From contig OX597826.1 of the NCBI GenBank assembly GCA_951406725.2, positions 40,300,001 through 40,364,000 on the forward strand: a stretch of DNA of 64,000 bases. Direction: 5' to 3'. The position numbers were made by a program, and so were the translations under genes. Below the pieces are notes generated by a model, which saw only the letters and a program-made list of their open reading frames with translations, did no database searches and was not told the DNA's origin. This document shows, one piece after another, positions 40,637-54,559 of this stretch; positions within the stretch are counted from its first letter, which is position 1, and each line of letters begins with the position of its first letter. The DNA is from Octopus vulgaris (lineage: Eukaryota).

Positions 40637-41124
40637 CTCTATTTCTGTCTCTCTTTCTTACACAGATAGACACACAAGCATATTTACTTCACAGAAAGTT
40701 TATATAATATTGAGTGACAGACAAATGATAGCCTGTGACTATTACAAGAAAATGAATGATGGGAAGAGAAACTTCATAAATTGAATTTCAAAAATAATTA
40801 CTATTATTTATTTGCAATCTATTATAGCAATGATATATTCCATGAAGAAATTTCATATAACAAGAGGCTCGTGTCAAGACTAGGCCACGATCTGGATCCG
40901 ATTCACGTTTTACATGTTTGCTTATCTAAGGCAACACATATCCTGCAGAAAAACATGTCATTGCCTTCATTTTCCTCTTCCACTAAAATATTCGGGAGTT
41001 ATTATTGTTATCCATATTATTGTTACTGTTGTTGTTATTGCTGTTGCTGTTGCTATTGCTTTTACTTATACTTTTGTTGTTATTTTTCAGTGCATAAGCC
41101 TGACACAGCATATCTATAACCAAA

Positions 41125-41420
41125 TACATAAGCATAAGAGGAAAAGGATCCTATCAACTTTAAACGGAGTCTGGATAGATTCCTTCAAAGAATACCAGAT
41201 AAGCCACCCATAACTGGATACAACTCACCCAACAAGAACTCACTACTTGAACAAAACTTGATACAACTCACCCAACAAGAACTCACTACTTGAACAAAGC
41301 TTGACTTAAACAAAACTTGACTTAAACAGGATTTGAATAATCCTATCAGGTGGTGCTATTAAGTTAGACATGGCCTGGACCAATCTTTGGTCGAAACATA
41401 TCTAAGTTATCTAAGTTACT
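41125..41420 (+). mobile_element. 3' end of CR1/L2-group LINE with an internal 43-bp tandem duplication
   Basis: EKDPINFKRSLDRFLQRIPDKPPITGYNSPNKNSLLE resembles the FKxxLDxFLxxIPDxP terminus; GATACAACTC...AAACTT repeated at 41217 and 41260; tail (TATCTAAGT)x2. Confidence 0.75.
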
Positions 41421-42025
41421 AACCATCCTTTCTTTTATTGGGGTAACTAAATATTGTAATAAAACATCTTCTTTCCTTATCTAAGAGGATGGCATGAGAT
41501 TTGAAGGCGATTAGGTCAAGGGATCACACAGTTGTTCTCAGTGTTGTCTATTTTATTTAGTTTTTAGAAATGAGCCTCTGTTGACGCAATCAAATTTACA
41601 TTTTTTAATAAAATGTCTACATAAACTAATACTTTCCACCAATCTTTAATTCATCAATTTTGAATTAAGATATGGAGACGATGCTATGATATTAAAGGAA
41701 AAGAATATTGTTGAGTTGAGTAACTTCAGTACTTCTTGGGTTCTTCTAGAGTGAATCTGTAGATTTAAAAAACTAATTGGATATTATCGAGTAAACTAGA
41801 GCGAACAAAAGTGTTATTAGCCATTGAAGAACTCATATACTGAAGTACTAATCTACTGCATTAACTATTATATTGAGTACATACAATTTTTTTATATTAC
41901 TCGGTCTTTTTATTTCTGAAGTGTGCATTTGGATCTAAGGTGACGTGTATTCTTAAAAAATCAGCTCGTAAATATAATTCATTGTTTGCGTGTGTGTTTG
42001 TGTGCATGTGCGTGTGTGTGCGTAT

Positions 42026-42084
<59 letters not shown>

Positions 42085-42897
42085 TAAGGGTTAAAATAAT
42101 TCTACTGCGATATAGAATACATAATCTCAGATCAAGTTTCTTGCAAACAACACATTAGAGATGCCAGTTTTAAAAGTACTTTACGATATTTTATAGCAAT
42201 AAAACATTTACGTCGGTGCTTTTCCTCTCTTCTGCTTCTCCACCATATTTAGAAATACCAGTGTGATTTCTTAAATTAACACGAGGTAATATATTTGTAA
42301 TGTGCATAGCTGATTAAAACGATCCCTATAAATAATAAGCAGTTTTCGCTTTGATCCCAGAGGCATTGTAACCAAAGTTATCTCCTGCCACGTGATCAGA
42401 CTAACGGATGTACACATACAAAATTAAACTCCGTAACCTATTTAGAATTTCTTTCCTGTTATCAATACTATCTTCACATATGCTATATTTAATAAAATAT
42501 TGAACGAGACTTTCGTTAACTGCATTCTGAGAGAGATAAGTGTAATATTAACCAAGTGCCTATGACTCAAGGTATTCCACCTGAACTTTCGTTTATATAT
42601 GTGTATATCTAGTACTATAGTGCTTAATTATGACATTAGGGTCAGATTTTTAGGAGATTTTGTTGCTGCTTCTAACAAGACTAGAAATCGTTTAGAGAAT
42701 CCTTCATTGATTGGTTCTATAGCGAAGTGGTTGCGATGCTTCATGTTTAATCTCAAGTGCTACAAGTTCAGGTCCCGTTATAAATATTTCCTTGCTGCTT
42801 TCTTCGGTTCCAGGGGAAACTCACTTTACATGTACAGGAAAGTTAATAACAATCTGGTGCTTCTGAAGTTAGCCAATCGATGTAAAGATTAAATTTA

Positions 42898-43118
42898 GGG
42901 TGGCGAGGTGGCAAAATTGTTAGCACTCCGGGCAAAATGTTTAGCGGCATTTCGTTCATCTCCACGTTCTGAGTTCAAATTCTGCCGAGTTCGACTTTAA
43001 CTCTCATCCTTTCTTGATCGATAAAAAATAAGTCCCAGTTATGCACTGGGTCGATGTAATCGACTAACCCCCCTTTACCAAAAATTTCAAGCCCTGTACC
43101 AAAATTTGAAACCAATAT
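42898..43118 (+). mobile_element. SINE family B, full length
   Basis: GGTGGCGAGGTGGCAAAATTGTTAGCAC..GAGTTCAAATTCTGCC..GTACCAAAATTTGAAACC. Confidence 0.9.
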
Positions 43119-44091
43119 AGAGATCGAGTTTAATGCAGATACTTATTCATGAAAAGGTTAATTTTGATCAAGTTGAAAGAGTGGAACGGATAAGAATGAA
43201 ACTATATTGGACATAAGTCAATGAATGCATAGCTAGGTTGTGCAGTGACAAGGACCTGAATATGGCTGATCGAATGAAAGGGATCGAATGAAAGGGAATA
43301 GACAGAAACTTAGAAACAGAATGTTTAATGAAATGACTCAGTCCAGCCTACTTTATTTCACTCCGTTTACCCTGGCTATTTCGCTCAACGTACTCTACAT
43401 TTTCACAGCGTAATCTAATTCATTTTGCACATTATTTCCGCCATTACGCCATTAATTTTTGATATCATTCACTGAGATCAGGGTGTGTTGAGGTATACGA
43501 AATCCTTCGATCGTAATTCAATACCACTTCCTTTTTCACAAAAGGAACTAATCTAGTTTATTTTATACCCATGGAACAATTTCAACTCTACATTTGCAAT
43601 TAAAAAGAAATATTCTTCTCTTTTGATTATCTCAAGAAATGAAATATATTTCGATAGGGTACATAAATTCAATCTGATTGACTGAAATTTGGGGCCCAAT
43701 AATTCTGGACAGTCACTTCTTCCATACCACGATAATAATAATGTTGAATTATTGGATGGTTGTGGTGGTGGTGGTCGTCGTCGTCGTTGCTGTAGTCGTA
43801 CTCGTCGTCGTCGTGGTTTTGGCAGTAGTACAACTGTCGTCGTTTCCGAATGAACATACTTACCTGATAAGACCAGTTTTCTCTTTGTATATTTAGGAGT
43901 ACTTTATCTAATGTGTCTTTCTATTTTCAGATAGTAGTGATGAAATTTCAAGGAAACTTGGCTGCTATAACAAGCATGCCAGGCCACAATTAAAGCAATA
44001 AAGAGCATTTGCCTGAACACCAGCACAACGCTGTCGTTGAAGTTTACTTATAAAGAACGACACTTGAACAACCAACAACGACGTAATGAGA

Positions 44092-44133
<42 letters not shown>

Positions 44134-44192
44134 GTATGTTACAGAGAGTATGGGTTATTTACGGAGTGCTTATAGAGAGCCGATGCGAAATA

Positions 44193-44937
44193 ATACAAAG
44201 TAGAGAAAAATGAAAACGCAAATCCTAGGCAGTCAACCAAATTTTCGAATGCATAACTGAAGATATTCTATCAATGTAATTGAATCATATCTATTTATAG
44301 ACATCAACATAAATTATGCATGTATAGGTGTTAAGATTCTCCAAGGGTTTACAGAATAAAACCAAACATGCATAAAATATAGGGGAGATATAAAAGCATA
44401 TAAAAGTACATATAAAATAACATATAAATAAGGATTACATGTAAAACCTTATGCGTGGTAAATATAGGGGGCACAAAAGCGATAGAGAGGTTGGTAAATA
44501 TAGGAATAAAAGTGTCAATCTTCAAATTGGCAGACCGCCTAAATCGTCTAAAATTTCTAATACATCTAAAATATGAGATAAAAATGGCACAAGATATCAA
44601 AGTCAAGAACTCTTGTTAACCTTGATATATTGTGTCACTTTTATCTCATATCTTAGACATTTATCACGCATAACTTTACACAGGTAATCTTTATTTATAT
44701 GTTATTTTATATGTACTTTTATATATTTATATATGCTTTTATATCTCTCCTATATTTTTATGTATGTTTAGTTTTATTTTTATACCCTTGGAGAATCTGT
44801 ACGTCTATACATGCAAGATTTATGTCGATGTGTATAAATATATATAATACAATTACATTGATTCAATATCTTCCTTCATGCATTCGAAAATTTGGTTGAC
44901 TACCTAGGATTTTCAATTTCATTTTCCTCTACTTTGT

Positions 44938-44939
<2 letters not shown>
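44193..44939. mobile_element. ~750-bp foldback/palindromic element
   Basis: ATACAAAGTAGAGAAAAATGAAA..AATCCTAGGCAGTCAACCAAATTTTCGAATGCAT pairs with the right end; arms converge near 44610; ~100 bp extra in the left arm. Confidence 0.9.
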
Positions 44940-44993
<54 letters not shown>

Positions 44994-45101
44994 TGCATGC
45001 AAAAATATACGTAATTAATTTGTGTAAAAATCAATAAGAAGGGTATTCCATCTAATGAGAGTCTAATATTATTATAAATGTTTCATACTACATGTATTAT
45101 A

Positions 45102-45146
45102 AGCGCTACCAATAGTTTCACGTAGATAAGTACTTCATTAGTCGCT
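45102..45146 (-). ncRNA. Degenerate hammerhead ribozyme motif downstream of a minus-strand PLE
   Basis: AGCGA-CTAATGA-AGTACTTATCTACGT-GAAA-CTATTG-GTA-GCGCT; G5A change predicts inactivity. Confidence 0.5.
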
Positions 45147-45279
45147 GATTGAACTATGCAACCAGGTGGTTTACGTTTAAATAGAGGTCAGGTGTGAAGC
45201 GATACGAAAGCAAAACATACCTAATGGAAGATTCCACCAAAATTAGTGAATGAATAATGAAAAACCAAAAAAAAAAAAG

Positions 45280-45535
45280 ATCAAATAAATAATGACAAAA
45301 ATTATTTATGTAGAAATATTAAAAGGTATATTAAAATATATTAGAATATAATTTTTTTAAACTATAAATGTGCGAATGAACATGAAAAGTAGGATGAAAA
45401 TACGAAATATAAAAGAAAACTAAAATTATATTATATATACAAAGACCAAAGAGTTCAAAGACCAAACAAACTCATCCATATTCAAAGCCACACACAGTAC
45501 ATACACTTTTCAAATTACATTAAATATGCATTGTA
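45280..45535 (-). repeat. Left arm of inverted repeat (partner ~47715-47995); probable PLE 3' region
   Basis: AGAAATATTAAAAGGTATATTAAAA, GAATGAACATGAAAAGTA and AAACTCATCCATAT.CAAAGCCA recur reverse-complemented at 47715-47995. Confidence 0.85.
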
Positions 45536-45612
45536 TATATATATATATATATATATACATATGTATATATACATATATATACATATATACATATATACAT
45601 TTATATATATAT

Positions 45613-45671
<59 letters not shown>

Positions 45672-45697
45672 GTGAAATCACAGGCCTAGTACTTATT

Positions 45698-45841
45698 CTT
45701 CTTTCAGTTTCCGTCAACCTAATCCACTCACAACCTAATCCACTACAAGACTTTAGTGGGCCCGAGGCTATAGTAGAAGACAGTTTCCCAAGGTGCCACG
45801 CAGTGGGACTGAACTCGGAACCACACAGCCACTCCTGCACC
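45698..45841 (-). mobile_element. SINE family A 5' half
   Basis: CTTTCAGTTTCCGTC..CCCAAGGTGCCACGCAGTGGGACTGAACTC..CACAGCCACTCCTGCACC. Confidence 0.88.
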
Positions 45842-46740
45842 TATACATATATTGGATCCATTCGACTTTTCTATTATTTTCCATCTAAAAATATATGGAA
45901 TATTGTTCGTTTTCAGTTCCCAAATGTGGCTCACCAACTTTGTAGATTTACTCTTCTACCTATGGTGGAAACGGTATACCAAATGATTGGTATACCGTTT
46001 TTTTTTTTTAAATTTCCTTCGCATAATCCAAAGTAGGTTTTCAGTTAAATCGCTGTTACAAATGTTTGCCGAGATCTCTGCCCAGTATACGATGGTCTGT
46101 TGGTCTAGAAGACAGGATTCTGTATTACAACAATTACAGCCTGGGTTCGCTCTTGCTTGGCTCCTCCGGTTGATAATATATTTCATGCTAGGGCTGGGCA
46201 TATTGAAGTCCATGATAAAGTGCAACATCATAAAAGGTAGTCTAAAAACGGTGGAGGCGCAATGGCTCAGTGGTTAGGGCAGCGGACTCGCGGTCGTAGG
46301 ATCGCGGTTTCGATTCCCAGACCGGGCGTTGTGAGTGTTTATTGAGCGAAAACACCTAAAGCTCTACGAGGCTCCGGCAGGGGATGGTGGTGATCCCTGC
46401 TGTACACTTTCACCACAACTTTCTCTAACTCTTACTTCCTGTTTCTGTTGTACCTGTATTTCAAAGGACCGGCCTTGTCTCTCTCTGTGTCACGCTGAAT
46501 ATCCCCGAGAACTACGTTAAGGGTACACGTGTCTGTGGATTAACTTACACGTTAATTTCACGAGCAGGCTCTTCCGTTTATTCGGATCAACCGGAACCCT
46601 CGTCGTCGTAACCGACGGAGTGCTTCCAAGTCTAAAAACAGATTGAGAGAAATTATTTGGTTCGGCCCTCCTTTTACTTTAGGCGTAAAATCGAATAACG
46701 TAAAAAAAATTCCTGATACTCCTTGATAAGCACTTTCTTG
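45842..46740. mobile_element. Penelope-like element fragment with inverted 5' portion, interrupted by a family C SINE
   Basis: Minus 46200->45842: MKYIIN..GCNCCNTESCLL..TIVYWAEI..RYTNH..SHIWELKTNNIPYIFRWKIIEK (GIY-YIG region). Plus ~46241-46740 after removing the SINE: SKNRLREIIWFGPPFTLGVKSN../FLILLDKHF. Confidence 0.85.
46250..46628 (+). mobile_element. Full-length tRNA(Arg)-like SINE (family C) with 11-bp TSD
   Basis: A-box TGGCTCAGTGG, anticodon-loop-like GGACTCGCGGTC, B-box GTTTCGATTCCC; TSD AGTCTAAAAAC at 46239-46249 and 46629-46639. Confidence 0.95.
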
Positions 46741-46806
46741 TAGGTCATAGATACAAGAAGAAATTATAGTACAGCTGCTGCCCTAACAATAATATAGTAT
46801 TATATA

Positions 46807-47699
<893 letters not shown>

Positions 47700-47714
47700 A
47701 ATATATACATATTT

Positions 47715-47995
47715 ATAATGTATATTTAATATAATTTGTATAGTATATGTACTGTGTATGGCTTTGTATATGGATGAGTTTTTATGAACTTTGGTCTTGT
47801 ATATATAACAACTTTAGTTTGTTTTTCATATTTTATAGATTCAAATTATATTTTGTATTCTCTTCGTACTTTTCATGTTCATTCATACATTTATAGTTTT
47901 TTTTAAATTATATATTAATATATTTTAATATATTTTTAATATACCTTTTAATATTTCTATATATAATTTTTAGTTATTATTTATTCATTTAACTT
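47715..47995 (+). repeat. Right arm of inverted repeat (partner 45280-45535)
   Basis: See 45280-45535. Confidence 0.85.
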
Positions 47996-48102
47996 TTTCT
48001 CTTTTACTTTTTGTTTTTTTTTACTCTATATGGTGAATTATGCTTAAGGACCTATACATTCACAGAAGTACCGATCAACCATAGCCTCTGGAAGAAGTTG
48101 AG

Positions 48103-48965
48103 CTTCAGTCGAGTTCCAGATTATCTTTGCAACTTCGGTTGTTATACTCGAGATTACTCCAATCTGGCCAGCCCCAAGGAAAAACTAAGGTAATGCACTA
48201 GATTACTTGGAAGAAAGCTTCGAATGTATACGAAAACAAGGGCGGAAAAAAACGGAGAAATGGTACACAAATACAAATGCAAATAAAGGATATTAACAAC
48301 AGGTGTCTTTCGACTAAGGACGAATTAAATTATGCTGGCGTATGTGAAGTGACGTTTTACGGTAGGGACATAAGAGATAACAAGCATAGGGGGAATATAG
48401 AAGTTGTACGGATGGTAGTCGAACCAAGAAAGATAGGTCAGGCTCAGCCGAACACCGGCCACGTGAAGAGAGAAGAGAAAGAGGTAGAGGCAGAGGGATA
48501 GAAGAATTAGGGAGGGCCGAGAAAAAAGGGGGAAGGAGGGAAGTGAAAGAGGAGGGAAGGTTAGAATGAAGAGAAAGCCAAGAAATGTGAGAGAGGGGGA
48601 ACGAAAAAAAGAAGAATGGAAAGAACGAAGTGTGAAGTACTTTACAGAAAGAAGGAAGGAATGGAAGAATAATAGAGTTGTACAAAATTTTTATATATAT
48701 ATGTACTTATATATAAGAGACCAAAGTGTACGTTCACCGCTATATTTGTATAAAAAGGAATACCATAAATGGAAGAAAAACGCAAAACATGCAGACAGGC
48801 GATACAAAAAGAGGACGCGTCATTCGGAGTTTTCTTTCTTCAGTCGAGTTCCAGATTATCTTTGCAATTTCGGCTGGTTACACTCCAATCTGGCCAGCCC
48901 CAAAGAAAAACTAAAGTAAGAGCACGAAATTCCTTGGAAGAAAGGAGCAAATGTATAAGAAAGCA
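48103..48965. mobile_element. Repeat with ~130-bp direct repeats (48103-48235 and 48838-48965) around a purine-rich spacer; probable PLE pLTR-like fragments
   Basis: CTTCAGTCGAGTTCCAGATTATCTTTGCAA.TTCGG...ACTCCAATCTGGCCAGCCCCAA.GAAAAACTAA occurs twice, 735 bp apart. Confidence 0.7.
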
Positions 48966-48991
48966 ATATATAATGTATATATGTGTGTGCG

Positions 48992-49039
<48 letters not shown>

Positions 49040-49816
49040 TGTATGTATGTATGTATTTGTACGGTTCCCTCCCAGTGTATCCTAAAACTTTTATCATCCA
49101 ATAATTCACTTCTTTTTAAAAGAGACATACGGTAATATATAATTTAAGGAAGATTTGAGTAACTCAATTGTTTGATAAGGTCATCTATACTCAACTTCAT
49201 AAACCATTGTCTTAGAAACAATGGCATTCGTATGTAGATAAGTTGTTATAATAAAGTTCAACTAACTGTGGTTTCAACTAACTAAATCTGAGTCAGCCAG
49301 TGTAGAAAAACGACCAGGTAAAAGAGCAGCTACCACAACAACAATATTATGAAATGATTGAGCGAAACACCGGATTTTACATTCCAATTTACATACTTGT
49401 TGAAGAGGTTATGCTATGATCTCAGTGAAAAGGGAGTCTGAATGGCGGACTGGTACATAATTGGAAATAACAGTAGCTTCTTTCATGACCAATGGTTAAT
49501 GACATACATTTTAGAGGAAATTGTATGTGTGTGAGTATACATGATATGCACATATATGTGTGTGTGTACTAGAATATATACGCATATCTAAATATATACT
49601 TGCGAGAATATACGCGTGCGTATTCGCGCATGAGCTCGAGTATATTTATGTATGCGTATGTCAAACTATCTCTGGCTTTCTCTCTGTATCGCTCTCACTC
49701 TCTTTAGATATTCCTACATATACTTGCATACATATATATGAATATATAAGACCGTGTTTGTTCGTGTGTGTGTGTGAGACAGAGAGAGAGTGTGTGTGTG
49801 TGTGAGACAGAGAGAG

Positions 49817-49892
<76 letters not shown>

Positions 49893-50324
49893 TGTGTGTG
49901 TGTTTGTGTGCGCGTATGTTCCTTGTGGATTCGAAAAGTGAGTTGCCAACTTTGATGTATAGGGTATTAAAATATTCAGTAATCTTTGAGCTACCTGATA
50001 AAGTATAATTTTGGAACAACAACAAAAATAACCTCAAAAACGTGGTCGTGTGGCACAACTTTAACGTCATTTTCGGACAATACTTCGATTGGCTTCCAAT
50101 GTTTTTACTTTCGTCCGATATTTCACACATGCGTAGAATTTCAGTAAAGTAACACCCGTAATAGATATCAAACCACCACCACAAAACACAACATACTACA
50201 AACAACGCCTACACGACATTATTTCTGAAGAAACTTCCACGCTTTCAAAAAAGCTAAAACATCCCTCATGTTTATTCTGCTTTTCTATCAACACTAAAAT
50301 TAATTTCTCTTCCAAAGATAGAGT

Positions 50325-53125
50325 GCGATAATCTCTTTCTTTCACTTTTTCATTAGAATGTATCGAGACGCTATGTTGTCACAAAAATGTTAAAACTGTA
50401 CTAACTTGATCAATCTGTGATTAAACCTGGATTTTGTTTTCATTTTATACATACGTTGTTATTAATTATTTAGATAATTGCAAACATGATGTGTAAAGAT
50501 AGCTTATTTTAATAAAATATTTATGTGTACATACTTTGAAAGTATTGTTCAAGTTTTTCGTCTTTTAAAATTACGAAAAATATGTAAAAATAACTTCATT
50601 TGCACACACAAACACACACACACACTCACACACACACACACACGTACACGAACACGCACACACACACACACACACACAAACACTCTAGGTAAAACTTCAG
50701 TACGAATTATATTATTTCTTGCTGTGTTCGTGCACAAAATTACAGCTCAACTTCAATTAAAGTTACTTTTTGGCTAAGTTCTAATCATAACTTTTTTATG
50801 TTTAAGAATTCTCACAAAATCTTTTCGATTCTGTCTTCTGAATAATGGAATTAATACGATTAACCAATAAGAATGTTCTAAATACTCCTCCTACTTCCCT
50901 AATTCCAAAGGTTTCCACTATTTTCCGATTTTTTTTTATTCTTGGTTTTCACAATTGAGTCTTGCGTGTTTGTGAAAGAGAAAGCATTAACTAACAAAAA
51001 ATTATGTTATTAAAATAAATTATCTCTAAAGTACTTTAAAATTATTACTGTTTCCAGCGTTTCTGGTTTTCGGTGGGAAACAAGTTTCAGGTAACCCTTC
51101 TTTCTCATTTTCGACGAAGCCCTCCTTGCCGCGTGACCTTTAGCGAGAAGATCACAATCAAATTACAATTTGGATAGTACCTATCGTGGGCAAATTTTCA
51201 CAATAATTTAAAGGTATGTTACAGACAATTTATTTTCATAATATAATACTGTGTTAGTAAATGTCTTTCTCGCAACAATTTAAAGATTCGTTAGAGAAGA
51301 TGTATTTTTATAACATAATTTTATGTTAGCAAATGATTTTCTCTTACACAATTCGAAGTCTTTAGAAAATTATTTGGAAATTATAAAGAGAAACGAATGA
51401 CAGAATCGGACTCTCTGTTTTATAACCAAAATTAAAAAAAAAAACAGAATTGAAAAAAATTTTTTAATTCTAGAAGCTAAAAAATTTATGAGGGGGTTTT
51501 AAGTACGTGCTTCGATCAGGACTCCGCCGACCCTTTTATATTTTGTAATTCGCGTTTGTGAAGAGCGTATTTAAAAACCTAATCTTCGATATAAACTTAA
51601 AAGGAAGGTCTTTTCAGAAATCGTGTCGTGTAGCTGTTGTTCGTAGCATGCTGGAGGTGACATTTGGGTCCACCACCACCCCGTTATTTTTTCCAAAATT
51701 TCTTGAGATTCCTGTTTTTGATATAGAACATCAAGATTTTCTCCCAAAACACGTTTTTAAAATTTTAATTTTCCTCGAAATTTTTAATTTCTAACTTTTT
51801 CCGAAATTCTGTTTTAAATTTTTCTTAGAGAAACACACAGATCCCCTTCCGCAATTTCCACCTACCACCTCCCCACTTTCAAAACGCTAAAGACTCCGAA
51901 TGTTCCACATTTAGCGTAGAATTCTACATATGCGTGAAACATCAGACGAAAGTGAAACATTCGGAGTTTCTGGCTTTTGAAAACGGGGAGGTGATGAGTG
52001 TGTGAGGTGGGGAAAGGAGAATTGAGTGTTTCTTTGAGAAAATTAAAAAATTAAAGAAAATTCCCAGATCCGTAATATCTGTATTTTTCTTCGTAGATTA
52101 AAACAAAAAATTGAGAAAAAAGTTTAAAATTAAGAAATTGGTTTGGAGTGGTGGAAGAATATTAAAATTTTGAAAATGTGATTTGGGGGCCAAAATCGTA
52201 TTCTCCGTTATCGAAAACATAGAAATCTGAAGAAATTTTTTGAAGAAAAACGTAAGTCGGAAATGGGTGGTGTGCACGCGTTTTACCTTCGCCAAATACC
52301 TTTCTACACATAAATATTGTATTAAAATAAGCCACAACCAAAACAATTTCATTAAAAGACATCCATTCCTCAACATGTTATGAGGAAATACAGCCAGGTA
52401 GGGGCTACTTCTGAAGGTATGCCATTTTGGGATGGTAAATGAGTCTAAATAAATTTGCTCGTCATTTGGCAGGTTACGTTTCCCACTTCATTGCTTCCGC
52501 TGACAGAATGGCATTATCTCTTCCTTTCACTTTCCCAGTATAATGTATAGAGACACTGTGTTGTCACAAACATGTTACAACTTCACTAACTTCATTAATA
52601 TATGACTAAACCTGGATTTCATTTAATTTTTTACACAATTTACAATCAATTATATAAATAATTCCAAACATCGTCTCTACAGATACCTTTTTTTAATACA
52701 ATATCTATGTGTACATTTTCCTACATGTTTCTCGATGTAAATATAACTTCCTTTCGCGCACACACACATGCGCACGCACACATAGATATACACACACACA
52801 TACCAGGTAAAACTTCAGTACGAATTATGTTATTTCTTGCTGTGTGCTCGAGCAAATTTACAGCACAAATCCTATTGAAATTACTTTTTTTTAATTCTGT
52901 AATTCATGTTTGTGATGAGCGTATTTAAATATCTGATCTTCGGTATAAAATTAAAGGAAGATCTCCCAGAAATCCTGTCCTTAACTTTCTGTTTCTAGCA
53001 TGTCCAAAGTGACATTTTCCTCACCCCCATCTTATTTTTTCCTAAATTTCTTCTGATTCCTATGTTTTCGATAGAAGAGATTAGGATTTCGCCTAAAAGA
53101 CACATTCTCAATATTTCAATTTTTT
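50325..53125. repeat. Mosaic of diverged direct repeats (50325-50775 vs 52512-52890; 51544-51780 vs 52897-53125) around a central foldback (~51660-52280)
   Basis: AGGTAAAACTTCAGTACGAATTAT.TTATTTCTTGCTGTGT and TGTAATTC..GTTTGTGA.GAGCGTATTTAAA are each duplicated; ACTCCGAATGTT / AACATTCGGAGT and ACCTCCCC / GGGGAGGT pair about ~51930. Confidence 0.8.
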
Positions 53126-53345
53126 CCCTCCGCACCCCAATTCTTTTATTTGTTGCTTTTTTTTTCCAAATTTTTTGTTGGTAAAGCACGGAGAAAATAT
53201 GAGAGATCTTTAAGAAATTATTTATATATATATATATAAAAGAATGTGGCAGTCCTATAAAGGACAAAGTTTTAGCCCCGAGAAAACATCTTTTCCAGCA
53301 TTAGCAAGGAAGGACATCGCACCCATCTCTAGCCTTACGTGATAT

Positions 53346-53387
53346 TCACAGACCTAGTTTCCTGGATGTGTTCCGTCCTCAGTGTGA
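53346..53387 (-). ncRNA. Minimal type-I hammerhead ribozyme with intact catalytic core
   Basis: Minus strand TCACA-CTGAGGA-C-GGA-ACACA-TCC-AG-GAAA-C-TAG-GTC-TGTGA: perfect 5-bp stem I, CUGANGA, GAAA and GUC cleavage triplet. Confidence 0.78.
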
Positions 53388-54245
53388 GATAACCACAAGC
53401 TAGTGATGAAAGCTCTCTCCACTTGAAAATACTGTATATTTTTACGCGACACACATCACTGATCTCGTATAGATAAAATCAACTTTTTTTTATAGGACTT
53501 TCACATTCTCTTGGCATATGAACATTACTATCCAGTACTGTTAATGTATATATCTCGCTCAGAGATTTAAAACAAGTTGTTATATATACATAAGTGTGTG
53601 TGTGTGTGTGTGTAATATATAAAATAAAATGTGTGTGTTTTCGCTTTTCATGCGAAAACGGCTTCAGCAATTGCTTCTATAGTTGCGATGCATGAATGAT
53701 TTTACCTCGAACACATGTTAGGCTCTTCATTTGATTTTTTAAATTAAAGATAAATACTATTGCTTTCTGTATATGATTCACTTCTTTAAAAAGTTTCCTT
53801 AATGTCAGCTTTCGGTAACGACGCAGCGACGGCGAAATTTTCTCTCATTTCAAGTTTTAATTCGCTATTTGCAAAAAACTAGAATAAATTGTTGAAAGAA
53901 GAATTTAAATATTCCGTACAAGATAATTTTTAACAAGCTTTTATTTATACGATCTTTTCATTTCATGTGTATTTTATTTATTATATGCAATATCTCTCCC
54001 CCTCTTTCTCACGCACACACAAGTCAGTCACACACGCACACGCGTGTTTTTGTATGTACGTTTGTATACATTACTGTATTGTGTTTGTGTGTGTGAGAGA
54101 GAGACAGACAGAGACAGACAGAGAGAGTGATGACTAAGTGGCACTCACTCACTCTCTCCCTCTCTCTCTCACACACACGCACACATACATACAAAAAGAT
54201 GTATGCATATTTATTTCTGTATGTACGTAAATATGACAACACATC

Positions 54246-54288
<43 letters not shown>

Positions 54289-54361
54289 GCACACACACAC
54301 ACACACGTACAATTCATCTGATGTTTAATACTGTATGTATGTGTGAGTGTGTATGTTTGTT

Positions 54362-54438
<77 letters not shown>

Positions 54439-54559
54439 GTGCGTGCGTGGGGCGTTCCACAATCGCCATTTATTTCTATGACTCTTGTGAAGATATTCAC
54501 GTAACTGATTTTTTCATTTAATCCCCATTAAAGTGTTTTCGAGAACAATGTTCTCACTT

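Noticed and set aside
42713-42785. tRNA-like sequence (TAGCGAAGTGG A-box, AAGTTCAGGTCC B-box-like)
   Set aside because: Stems do not pair; at most a decayed SINE head or tRNA pseudogene.
46250-46330. tRNA-Arg gene
   Set aside because: It is the head of a TSD-flanked SINE whose body recurs at 24695-24944; no proper acceptor stem or terminator.
48812-48850. Hammerhead-like CTGAAGA...GAATGACGCGTC on the minus strand
   Set aside because: Lacks GAAA and convincing stems I and II.
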